Positions 46,216 to 56,200 of a stretch of 64,000 nt of DNA are shown here, in pieces. The DNA lies in the IMG/VR virus record IMGVR_UViG_2912838376_000002, positions 160,001 to 224,000 of that record; one strand, given 5' to 3'. A model generated the notes under the pieces. It ran no database searches. It worked only from the letters and a program-made list of their open reading frames with translations, and was not told the origin of the DNA. The position numbers were made by a program, and so were the translations under genes. Source of the stretch: a virus. Its lineage: Duplodnaviria; Caudoviricetes. Each line of letters starts with the position of its first letter. Within the stretch, counting starts at the first letter, position 1.

Positions 46216-47712
46216 ATGTATAAATACAATCAACTTATCTTCCCTTCTCACATGGAAAAGAATACTCGCTTTCTAGTGTTAGCGGGTTTTTCTTTTAATG
46301 GGCCAGTAGGGACACCTTTTATTATACGAGAGAATACAGACCCATCTTATATTCTTGGTGATTGTCGTCTAACGGAAAACGTAAGAATGGCAAGAAAGTA
46401 TGGGATTACACCACTAATCCTACGATTAAATGGAACACATGGGGAATGTGTAGTTAATCATGATGAATTAAACACTCCGGCACTTCGATTTAAAACATTA
46501 GAAGCAACGGATGAATCAAACAATATCAGTATTCACTTATTCCCAACTCATATGGTGGTTAAAGGTATAAATAATAGTTACTCTTATTTATTTGCTGATT
46601 ATAAAGGCTTAGATGAATTAGCTTTTGCAATCAAACAAGATCTCTATTTTAAGGCAGGGGAAGTGGACGTAGAAGTCGTTAATCAGGTTCCTGTAGCAGG
46701 ATTATGTTTGGCAGAAAGACACGTTCGATTTACAGGCGCGGACGATGGATTCCATTATGTAAGTAATCATGATGATTCAGACTCAGACGATAAGCTCCAA
46801 ATGCAGTTACAACTATTAAGAGATAGTTTAATTGATGAAGATGGAAGCGAATTGTACTTTACAGGCGAACTAAGTAGCTTTCAAATAGATACACTTCTAT
46901 TCACAGACATTCCTTACGAAAAAGCATCTGCTGAACTAACCTCTATATTTGGAGAATTTGCTAAGACGAAAACAAGTGAACAATCTATTTTCTGTTCAGC
47001 TGTTTTATGCTCCGACTTGTTCTCAGAAAGTCGTTATGGAGTGACAGGTGAAGATACATATGAACCTCAGATACAAACACTTCTAGAAAAGGCTTCTATT
47101 AATAAGGAAGAAAGTCATCACTTAGAACATGTAGAAGTTGTAGTTGGTGTACAGGATTCAGAAAATCCTAAGTACTTATCTATGCCAGCCGCAGCAACTT
47201 ACGCTTGTATGCGATACAAACTACCTAATTTCCACAATTCAGCCACTAATAAGCAGCTACTGTATATAAATACGTTACAAAGTAGGGAACTCAAAAAGGT
47301 TGAAGTTGCTAAATTAACAAGTAGTGGTTATATATGTATCGTACCATCAATTAAAAAAGGATTTGTTCCTTTTTCCTCAAAAAATCTTTACCCTCAAAAC
47401 ACACTCTATTCAAAACCTCATTACCTTCGAAGTATAAGTTACGATGTTAACCGAATCGCTGGATTCTTCAATCAATACATTGGAGAGCCATTCAGCTTCG
47501 TATTGCTTCAATCCATCATCACACAAGTTGATGCCTTCATCGATAATCTTTCAGAAGATCATCCAATCTACAGAAATATAAAAATGGAAGTCTTAGATTA
47601 TGACCAAGTGAATCTTACTCTATCAATCTCATTTGAGTTGTATGGAGAAATTGAATCGGTTAAAACTTCCTTTACTTATGTTCCATCAAGTGAGGTGAAT
47701 GTTTCATGGTAG
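46216..47712 (+). CDS. Tail sheath-like paralog
   Basis: GPVGTPF, ATYA...SATNK and QYIGE match the 48373 sheath (THYA...PTNK, PFIGE). Confidence 0.6.
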   Translation: MYKYNQLIFPSHMEKNTRFLVLAGFSFNGPVGTPFIIRENTDPSYILGDCRLTENVRMARKYGITPLILRLNGTHGECVVNHDELNTPALRFKTLEATDESNNISIHLFPTHMVVKGINNSYSYLFADYKGLDELAFAIKQDLYFKAGEVDVEVVNQVPVAGLCLAERHVRFTGADDGFHYVSNHDDSDSDDKLQMQLQLLRDSLIDEDGSELYFTGELSSFQIDTLLFTDIPYEKASAELTSIFGEFAKTKTSEQSIFCSAVLCSDLFSESRYGVTGEDTYEPQIQTLLEKASINKEESHHLEHVEVVVGVQDSENPKYLSMPAAATYACMRYKLPNFHNSATNKQLLYINTLQSRELKKVEVAKLTSSGYICIVPSIKKGFVPFSSKNLYPQNTLYSKPHYLRSISYDVNRIAGFFNQYIGEPFSFVLLQSIITQVDAFIDNLSEDHPIYRNIKMEVLDYDQVNLTLSISFELYGEIESVKTSFTYVPSSEVNVSW

Positions 47713-48326
47713 TAGAAATCAATAAGCCGACTCAAGCAAATGGTTCTATGGACTATGAAGACATGACAAAGACAATCAAGTATTTATTAGATGCCGCATG
47801 GGGTCCTAAATGGGGAAGTTTTATTCCCGACGGACCAAATGTAACAGATGACAAGCATGTAGAATATCCAATCATCGTTCATTATCTTAGCGTAATGCAA
47901 CCGGGTTTAATCGGTAAAAACACCAGAGAAATTAAACCACGTCAACGTTACCTTGCTTTTAATGAGGATTCTAACGGAACTCTACCACCAGCAACTAAGA
48001 TTTATGGACAGGTATTTGATGCAGAGATTGTTTTTGAGATTTGGGAAGAAACCAATGCGCGAGTGGACAAGCTCACAAAAGAGTTTCGTCAGACACTTGC
48101 AACATACACGGGATTCCTTAAAGAGAAGGGGCTTAAAGAACTACAATTCGTAAGGATGGAAACAGACTTATCTAAAGCAAATATACGTGATGCGAGCAAG
48201 ACTCGTAGACTTGTTTATTTTGCTAAGTTTGAAGAATTAACAGAAGTCCCTGTAGATATCTTCCGTGTGATAGATGTCGTAGAGAAGAGACTCCAAGAAG
48301 CAACAAACACTCAACTGGGTGAATAG
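47706..48326 (+). CDS. Putative tail completion/terminator protein
   Basis: Position before the sheath gene; YPII and FEIW pattern. Confidence 0.45.
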   Translation: MVVEINKPTQANGSMDYEDMTKTIKYLLDAAWGPKWGSFIPDGPNVTDDKHVEYPIIVHYLSVMQPGLIGKNTREIKPRQRYLAFNEDSNGTLPPATKIYGQVFDAEIVFEIWEETNARVDKLTKEFRQTLATYTGFLKEKGLKELQFVRMETDLSKANIRDASKTRRLVYFAKFEELTEVPVDIFRVIDVVEKRLQEATNTQLGE

Positions 48327-48372
48327 CGCTCGGCGCTTTTCAAATACAACAAAATAAAGAGGGGGCAAACCT

Positions 48373-50088
48373 ATGCTTTACGAAAATCTTCCTGGTATTA
48401 ATGTCACGCTTAAAGATGGTGGCTTAATTATCCCAGAACGAGGCGGATCAGAGTCGATCCTAATCATCGCTCCATCTCTTGCGAAAGATGCTCCTGAAGA
48501 ACCAGTATTAATCCGTAGTTCATCTGAACTTGTGCAAGCTGGATTCGGTGATTTCTATGTAGCAGGAGAAATTAACCCGATTGCTGCAGAGTGGAAAGCT
48601 GCTACTGATGGCGGAGCTAGAATGGTATACCTAGTAGCTCTTAAAGAAATCAGCACAGAGCGCGCTACTGAACTTGAGCAATTTGCAATCGATGCTTATG
48701 TAGCTGCAGGACACACTTCAGAAGAAGCGCAAGCTAAGTTTAAAAACGTTTTAGTGGGTACTACAGAAGCAGTTCGTATCCGTCGTAAGTTTATCTATTT
48801 CTATGACTTACTAATGAGCGACTTACTTGATTTCACTGTAGATCACGTAGTTCTTAAAGGAGTTACGCTTGAGGACGAAGCAACTAACCTAGTTGGTGAT
48901 TTCTTCCCAGAAGTTCAAAACTCTGAAGACTTCCCTTACATCAGTGGAATGGTTACTTCTTCTTATGTAATGGAATCCAATTCTATTGTTTATCCAGTAG
49001 AAATTACAACTGGAACTAACGATAAGCTAGTAGTAAAAGTTGATGGAAAAGATGTAACGTTTACGCTTCCTGCAAAAACTTACAACGGCAGCACACTAAC
49101 TATTAGTGACTTAGTAAAAGACTTAAAAGCTGTTATCGATGCAGATCCAACTGGTATCAAAGCTAACGTAAGAGAAGACAGTGGTAAAATCGTTCTTTAC
49201 TTCGATGCTCCTGCTTCTGTACAAGCTGGTACAACAGCTACTGGTCTTCAATTAAGTAATCAAGTAGCAACATGGCAAAAAACTAGCTTTGGTGTAATCC
49301 ACCGCGGTTCATTCGCTCAAACAGTTGCTGATTATTGTTCTATGAAGACTTTAATGAAGTCAGCTGCTATCGGATATATCGGTGTTAAATCTCCAGTAGA
49401 TACGAAAGTTTCTACAATCCGCAAATATGTGGACGAGCTAGCTAAGCTTGACACAGAAATCTCTCCTTACCTTCAAGTAGTAGGGTCTGAAGTTGGAGTA
49501 ATCATGCCAACAACAAACTCAATGCACTATGTAAATGGTGCGACTCACTACGCTGCATTACTTTCAACTCTTCGAAAAGAAAGTGCTCCTACAAACAAAC
49601 CAATCAAAGGTGTTAAAGCTATCCGCTTTGACTACTCTCTTCGCCAACTTTCTAAACTGACTAGCAAGAAAATCGTTACATTCCGCTTGAAAGATTCAAC
49701 TCAACTAGTTGTTACAGATGGAATCACAACTGCTCCATCTATCTTTATGGCTGGAAAAGTACGCGAAAGTGACTTCGCTCGCTTATCTACTCTTCGCATT
49801 ACACAACTAGCAATCCAAGTTGTTCGTGAAGCAGTAGAACCATTCATTGGTGAAGCGAACGAAATGCCACAGTACAACGCAATGAACACTGCTATCAAGT
49901 CAGCATTAGAAAAAATCCGCGAAGCAGGCGCTATCCAAGGATACAAATTCTCAATAGGTAATCTTGGAGTTTACTTAGATGAAGCAACAGTTAATTTAGA
50001 AATCATCCCGGCATTTGAATTACGTCGTGTAGAAATTCAAGTTAACTTAGCTCCTCCTGAGTACATGCTGCAAAGCCTTGGCCAATAA
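48373..50088 (+). CDS. Tail sheath protein
   Basis: N-terminal LPGINV, PVLI.S, C-terminal RI...EPFIGEAN...IPAFELRRVEIQV. Confidence 0.82.
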   Translation: MLYENLPGINVTLKDGGLIIPERGGSESILIIAPSLAKDAPEEPVLIRSSSELVQAGFGDFYVAGEINPIAAEWKAATDGGARMVYLVALKEISTERATELEQFAIDAYVAAGHTSEEAQAKFKNVLVGTTEAVRIRRKFIYFYDLLMSDLLDFTVDHVVLKGVTLEDEATNLVGDFFPEVQNSEDFPYISGMVTSSYVMESNSIVYPVEITTGTNDKLVVKVDGKDVTFTLPAKTYNGSTLTISDLVKDLKAVIDADPTGIKANVREDSGKIVLYFDAPASVQAGTTATGLQLSNQVATWQKTSFGVIHRGSFAQTVADYCSMKTLMKSAAIGYIGVKSPVDTKVSTIRKYVDELAKLDTEISPYLQVVGSEVGVIMPTTNSMHYVNGATHYAALLSTLRKESAPTNKPIKGVKAIRFDYSLRQLSKLTSKKIVTFRLKDSTQLVVTDGITTAPSIFMAGKVRESDFARLSTLRITQLAIQVVREAVEPFIGEANEMPQYNAMNTAIKSALEKIREAGAIQGYKFSIGNLGVYLDEATVNLEIIPAFELRRVEIQVNLAPPEYMLQSLGQ

Positions 50089-50159
50089 GAACCATTGATA
50101 AGAAGAGGGGAATCAACGCCCCTCTCTTACATAAAAGAATAACAGGAGGTTACTAACCT

Positions 50160-50762
50160 ATGAGTACAACAGCTTCTCGCTATAGCAAAACATTCACTAC
50201 TTACGGTGGATCAGACATCGTATGTACATTTAATGGACAGGTAGTTGGTCAATTACAAGCTATTACTTACTCAGTTACTCGTGAAAAAGGTCCTGTGTAT
50301 GTAATGGGTGACCCAAACCCAAAATCTTTCTCTCGTGGTAAACGTGGTATCGCAGGAAGTTTAGTATTTACTATCTTCGACCGTGATGCACTGTTCAACC
50401 TTAAACAACAAGCTACTGTTCACCGTCATGGTTTAAACCAAACGGATGCACTTGCTAGTAGCACTACTCAAGTTTTAGATGTAGATGCAAACGCTGCAGC
50501 TTTAACTCAACGTAATGACCTTGTACAAGGATGGCAGACAAAACGTAAAGCCAACTTCATCGACGAAATCCCTCCATTTGATATCACTATCAACTTCCTT
50601 AACGAATATGGACAAGCTAGTAAAATGGAAATCTACGGTGTAGAGATTCTTAATGAAGGAATGGGCTTAAGTGTTGATGACAACACTACAGAAAAAGCTT
50701 GTACTTTCATCGCTCGTAACATCGTTGAGATGCGTCCACAAGATGATTGGGAAGTAGAATAA
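50160..50762 (+). CDS. Tail tube protein
   Basis: Follows the sheath gene; RGKRGIAGSLVF and PPFDITI motifs; strong codon bias. Confidence 0.75.
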   Translation: MSTTASRYSKTFTTYGGSDIVCTFNGQVVGQLQAITYSVTREKGPVYVMGDPNPKSFSRGKRGIAGSLVFTIFDRDALFNLKQQATVHRHGLNQTDALASSTTQVLDVDANAAALTQRNDLVQGWQTKRKANFIDEIPPFDITINFLNEYGQASKMEIYGVEILNEGMGLSVDDNTTEKACTFIARNIVEMRPQDDWEVE

Positions 50763-50771
50763 TAACAACTA

Positions 50772-50797
50772 AAGAGGTGCTTCGGCATCTCTTTTTT
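50772..50797 (+). terminator. Terminator after the tube gene
   Basis: AAGAGGTGC-TTCG-GCATCTCTT plus T-run. Confidence 0.75.
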
Positions 50798-51365
50798 GTA
50801 TTTGGTAGCAAAATTATTTTCGAGTGGTTATGTTCCGTTTATAGAAAATAGAAAGGCAGGTGTCTTCATGACAAGTAAATACCAGAAGACTTATACGAGC
50901 TTTGCAGGTACGGATATTGTTGCTGTTGTAACTCCCGAAGGCGGTAAGTCTGTAGTATTAGGTCAATTACAGACAATCTCTTATTCTGTATTTAGACCAA
51001 CAGCTCCAGTGTATGCCTTAGGACAGATTGCAGCTAAAGGTGTTGTGCGTGGGGCAAGAACGGTGGCAGGAAGTCTAATCTTCACTGTATTTGACCGTCA
51101 CGTTTTATATGAAATCATGAGAGAACATAATAACAATTCAGGTAATTGTCCTATTAATAAAAGTGATGAACTTCCACCATTCGATATAACGATTAACTTT
51201 ATGAATGAGTATGGACAGTCTTCAAGATTAGTAATCTATGGGGTATATCTTATCTCAGAAGGACAAACGATGTCGGTTGAAGACATGATTACGGAAAATA
51301 CAATGGAGTTCATTGCTTTAGATATAGACACAATGAAACCAGATGTTTTTGATGAAGGGTGGTAA
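50796..51365 (+). CDS. Tube paralog (tube initiator-like; probable start 50868)
   Basis: RGARTVAGSLIFTVFDR and DELPPFDITINFMNEYGQ nearly identical to the preceding tube protein. Confidence 0.7.
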   Translation: MYLVAKLFSSGYVPFIENRKAGVFMTSKYQKTYTSFAGTDIVAVVTPEGGKSVVLGQLQTISYSVFRPTAPVYALGQIAAKGVVRGARTVAGSLIFTVFDRHVLYEIMREHNNNSGNCPINKSDELPPFDITINFMNEYGQSSRLVIYGVYLISEGQTMSVEDMITENTMEFIALDIDTMKPDVFDEGW

Positions 51366-52087
51366 GAAGTATGAGTGATGGAGCTTACACACCGACAGGT
51401 CAATCTAAAAAGGGTTATGCAAATTATTACTCAGGAACAGATATTAGAATCTATTTCGGAGACAACTGGATAGATGAAATTGTAGAGATTGAATGGACAA
51501 TGCAAGAACAACTAGCACCAATCTACGGATTTGCTTCATATACATGGGATAAGGTAGCTAGGGGAAATCGTTTTGTTCAGGGTTCTTTTTCTATTAACTT
51601 CAAAGAAGCTGGTTATTTACAAACCGTACTTAATAGTTTAAGTTCTGAAATGACAGACGAACAAGAGTGGTTCAACCTAGCAGAATTTAACGGTGATGGT
51701 GGACAGAGTGCCCACAAAAACACGAAGGTTGAAGATCTGATAGATAATTTTCAGGCTTTAGCAGATGATTACGAAAATGCACTGTGGGGAACAAACTCTA
51801 ACTCTTCTAAGTTAATAGATAGTCGTAAAACTGATACATTCTTTTATAGCACAAATGAAAATGCAAAAAACAAGGCTTTAAAGGAACATGGTTTCAACAT
51901 TCTATTAACTTACGGGAATAATCCTTGTGCTGTTAGAGGAGCAGGAAGCTATAAGACCGCTCAAACAATCGTTGGGGTACAACTAACAGGTGTTTCACAA
52001 AGAGTTGATCCATCTGGAAACCCTATTTCTGAAGTATATACTTTCATTGCAAAAGATATCTCAGGAAATGTACAAAAAGCGTACTAG
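51359..52087 (+). CDS. Third tube-fold paralog
   Basis: YSGTDI, RGNRFVQGSFSINF and YTFIAK motifs shared with the tube proteins. Confidence 0.6.
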   Translation: MVRSMSDGAYTPTGQSKKGYANYYSGTDIRIYFGDNWIDEIVEIEWTMQEQLAPIYGFASYTWDKVARGNRFVQGSFSINFKEAGYLQTVLNSLSSEMTDEQEWFNLAEFNGDGGQSAHKNTKVEDLIDNFQALADDYENALWGTNSNSSKLIDSRKTDTFFYSTNENAKNKALKEHGFNILLTYGNNPCAVRGAGSYKTAQTIVGVQLTGVSQRVDPSGNPISEVYTFIAKDISGNVQKAY

Positions 52088-52142
52088 GTTAATTACAAGG
52101 TTTACATAATAAGATTATAGTAACCTTTAAATTTTTATATTT

Positions 52143-52610
52143 ATGAGAGAAAGAGGAGGAAACACAATGGCAAAACGTGTTGAAAAAGAAGAAGTTTTTA
52201 CAGAAGATACGCAAGAAGAAACTCCGGTTGTTAAAGTAGGAGACAAATTTGATGAAGATGATGTTTCAAAAGCGGAACAAGAAATCTTCCCAGGTGGTCC
52301 AACTTATAACGAACTAGAAAAATGGAAGTCTATGTATGCAGGAGAAGTATACTTGACTGAATTCGATGATGAAAACATTTTTGTATGGCGACCAATTAAG
52401 CGTAAAGAGTACAAAGATGTTGCTAAAATCCCAAATGCAGATAACTTCTATAAAGAGGAACGTATCTGTGAGAAAGCAGTTCTTTTCCCTGCTAACTACG
52501 GTTTCATGCAAATGACAAATGGTAAAGCTGGTATTCCGACACTATTACACGAATTAGTATTAGAGAAGTCAGGATTCGCAGCTAAAACAGGCGCAATGCG
52601 CTTAAGCTAA
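52143..52610 (+). CDS. Tail assembly chaperone (probable start 52167)
   Basis: FVWRPIKRKEY...ICEKAVL...AGIP...SGF; position after the tubes. Confidence 0.6.
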   Translation: MRERGGNTMAKRVEKEEVFTEDTQEETPVVKVGDKFDEDDVSKAEQEIFPGGPTYNELEKWKSMYAGEVYLTEFDDENIFVWRPIKRKEYKDVAKIPNADNFYKEERICEKAVLFPANYGFMQMTNGKAGIPTLLHELVLEKSGFAAKTGAMRLS

Positions 52611-52663
52611 AAGCTAAGGAGGCGTAATATCGCCTCCTATTTTTATTGTAGGGAGGAAACAAC

Positions 52664-53239
52664 ATGTTAATCGATCCTAATTTATTGAATGACAAGGTAG
52701 AAGAATTACCTATTGAATTTGAAACATATGAAGAAGTATACTTCAAAGAGCAATTGCGTGTTTGGCATGAGGAACACGGACATATCTTTATGCAAGAAAT
52801 AAGCGACGTACTATTTTTCTTCCGTGCATTAAGCAAAGAAGAACTAAAGATTGCACAGGAAGTATACAACGATGAATATGAACGAACGGAATACATTTGT
52901 AAAACTTGCGTTATCGAACCAATTATTGAAGATTACTCGTTAGATATTTTTGCAGGTGTACCAGAGGTTCTTTGTCGTTCTATTTTAGAAGAATCGGGAT
53001 ATACAAAGGCACAAAAAGTTAAGATCATGATAGCTAGATGGGAAAAACATATGGAGGATTCAGAAAACCAACTTCCATTAGTAATAAAAGAAGCATTTCA
53101 AGATATCCCATTAAGCGAAATAGAATCATGGCCAATGGCTAAAACAGCAGAGTATTATGTTAAAGCTAAATGGTTACTAGAAAATCTACGTGGATTACAA
53201 TTAGTGAATGAAGCAGATATGCAACAACAGCAACAGTAA
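52664..53239 (+). CDS. Second tail assembly chaperone paralog
   Basis: FFFRALSKEE...ICKTCVI...AGVP...SGY plus C-terminal extension. Confidence 0.6.
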   Translation: MLIDPNLLNDKVEELPIEFETYEEVYFKEQLRVWHEEHGHIFMQEISDVLFFFRALSKEELKIAQEVYNDEYERTEYICKTCVIEPIIEDYSLDIFAGVPEVLCRSILEESGYTKAQKVKIMIARWEKHMEDSENQLPLVIKEAFQDIPLSEIESWPMAKTAEYYVKAKWLLENLRGLQLVNEADMQQQQQ

Positions 53240-53253
53240 GGTGGTGAATAAGT

Positions 53254-56200
53254 ATGGCTGATAAACGCTATACGGGTGAAGAGAAAGAGAAGAGTCATCT
53301 GCTTAGTAATATAGCAAAAACAGGTTCCCTTATCGGTGGAGGAGTAATGGCTTACCGTAACCGAGCAATGATAGGTAAAGCTATGTCTGATTTATCTAGT
53401 AATGCAGCGGTCACTGGAAGTAGGGTATTAAGTAAGGATGGACATGCATACAGTGCTTTATCCGATGCTAAAGTATTTATGAAAGGAATATCAGACGCTC
53501 TTGGTGACAACCCATCTGTTATTAGAACATTACGTGGTGGGTTCGATAGTAATATACAGGAGAAAATGCATAAAAACTTCGAAGCTTCTGTCCGTAACAG
53601 TATCAAGAAGAGACAAATGCTTACGAATCGCCCAGGTCAAAATAATACAGAATTCGTTAGTCGTTACTATAAAGAATTCCACAAAAGAAACATGGGTGGT
53701 CTGAATAAGTTTGAATATGCTGCTACTCAATCATTCCGTCAAAATAAAATCCTTGAAAACCTACGAAAACAATCCTCTATTAAAAACAATGGTGGGGACA
53801 AGATTCTTAATGCTCTTACCCATTACCACAATCAAAATAAAGGTATTTTCAACAGTCCTGCTGATCACGTTGATGACTTCATAAAGCAACTTGAGGATGG
53901 GAAGTACGCTCATAAGGTTAAATTCCAAGATGATTCACAACGAAATGCATTTCAGAAACAAATGCTTCAGACTCTTGAACAGTATAAAGATACTAAAAAA
54001 GTATTTGAAGGGAATAAAGGCTCAATCCTATCTCAAGCGAAAGCGATGGAGACTGCTTCTGCTTATGGTTTCATTCAAGATGCACTCAAGCAAACTGATG
54101 TATTAAGTACTCAATTTAAGAAAAAAGGGTTTAATCATACTACGTTAAAAGATGCTGAGAAGTTTGACATAGCTACTAAACGTAAATATGGATTAATTGT
54201 TGATGATATTGATGAAAAAGGAAATGAAAAGTCTATTGATGTTACTAAGGAGTTAAGAAAATTCTTAGACAACAACAAGCATAATGACGATTTAAATGCA
54301 CTGTTAGGTAAAAAGGGAATATCTTTTAACTTTGAAGATATGATTCTTGATAAGAATTTATACACTCATGCAAAAACAGGTGAGATGATAGATAACCGAC
54401 ATTTAAAATCCGGTGCTGTTAGTGCAATAGATTCTTTCCAAGAAAGTGTTAAGGTTCCGTTCCTTAATATTAACCCGGTTGATTTAACACCTTGGCAAGC
54501 ATTCCGTTCTGGTCAAGCAAAAGAGGGGCTTCAAGTATTAGGTGCTGGACAGGTTCATGGTTTTGTAAGGAACTTAGGCGAGCAATCTTTTGATGGGGTA
54601 GCTAAAGCAACTCAAGAAGGAGCTATCCGAAACCCTCTAAAGAATAGTGATCATTTCTATACTGGTGGAAATGTTTTTCGTTATACAGAAACAGGTGGGC
54701 TAGATTTAGTTGATGAAGGCCTGTACTTAGCTCCATCACAATTTGGTGCATTCTCACGTATGCATAAAAACATGACTAACTACAGTGAGAAAGATGTAAT
54801 AGACGAACGCGGATGGGTTAAGAAACTATTCGATGTTGGATATCAGGAAAATGAAAGCCGAGCAGAAACATACAGAAAAGCATGGGATAAGCTTGCAGAT
54901 CCAATGTACGGACCAAATGCATTAAGAGGTTTAGTATATGATTTACATACCTCTAAAGAAAACCAGTCAGATATGATTCGTGATGTTTACAATGTAATGC
55001 GTGTTGGTATGGATAAGAGCGCAACAAGTCTTACTCGTGAAGCTACAGAAGTTCTTTCTCCTCACGTAAACAAGTTATTCGATCATATCAAAGTAAATGG
55101 AGAAGCCTTCGACTTTGCTAGATTAACTGATGACGACTATGTAAAAGATGCAGCTCTTGTATTTAATAAAGAACTTAAAAATCAATCATCTAACATAGGA
55201 ATGTACAAGTCTCATACTCGTTCTGTATACAATGAAGACTTGTCAGGTAGGGATGCTTTAAAACATTATGAGGATCCATCTGTTAAAGAATTAGGAAGAT
55301 GGACGCAGAAATACATCAATGACCCTGAAGGATTTAATTCCTCAAGGGAAGCAGCAGTCGATAAAAACCTACCATCTTTAATGGAATTTATGGTTCCTAC
55401 ATTTGGTGATGATGCAGCACTTATTCCTGCAACTGAAAAACTTCGACGTTCATTCCATCAATATGCTTTAAGGGCATTAGATAATGAAGCAGGAGACTTT
55501 GCTCCGGATGTCGTTAAAAATGGAGCAAGAAAAAGAAGTTCTCTTGCGTATTTAATCGATGCAAGAAACAAAGGTATTCTATCTGAATCAGATGTAAAGA
55601 ATGCGAAGGACTTAGAAACATTAACTGACATTTTAGGTTATGACAATATCCACAATATTGATGCAAGACCTCGTGAAGCGAAGACATTCCTTGAGGATGT
55701 AATGAACATCCATAAAGGCGATGTTGGTTATGACGATACTAAGCTAATGTTTGAAAGCGGCGGAGTTAGTCTAAATGGCTTTGGTCAAGACCTTCAAGAA
55801 GGTATTTTGCGTGCTCAACCTATTACAGGTAGGGCCCCAGAAGCAGGAAAACCTTCTCCTAACGGTGCAGACTTCATCATCATGCGTAAAAGTGGATTAG
55901 GTAAAGCTGGTAAGGAAATCGTATCAGAGTTAAACATAAACAACCTAAAAAATTATGGTCCAATTGATGATGGTTGGGATCTTGCGATTAATACAGAAAT
56001 GTATGCAAGAAACGCTTCCTCAACATTAGTTCAACAAGGTCTAGCAGTTTCAAAAGAGATGTTAGCAGGAAGACACATTAATGGAGATTCCTTAGAAAAT
56101 GTAACTACTTCAACTGCTATTATGTACGGATTAGCAGAGCGTCTAGATAACCAGTTAGGTAACTTCGGATTGAGTTTATCTCAGAAGAATCTAGGTTCTT

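Noticed and set aside
52560-52670. Programmed -1 frameshift joining the tail chaperones
   Set aside because: No clear slippery heptamer before the stop; the second gene has its own RBS, is preceded by a hairpin and is itself a full paralog.
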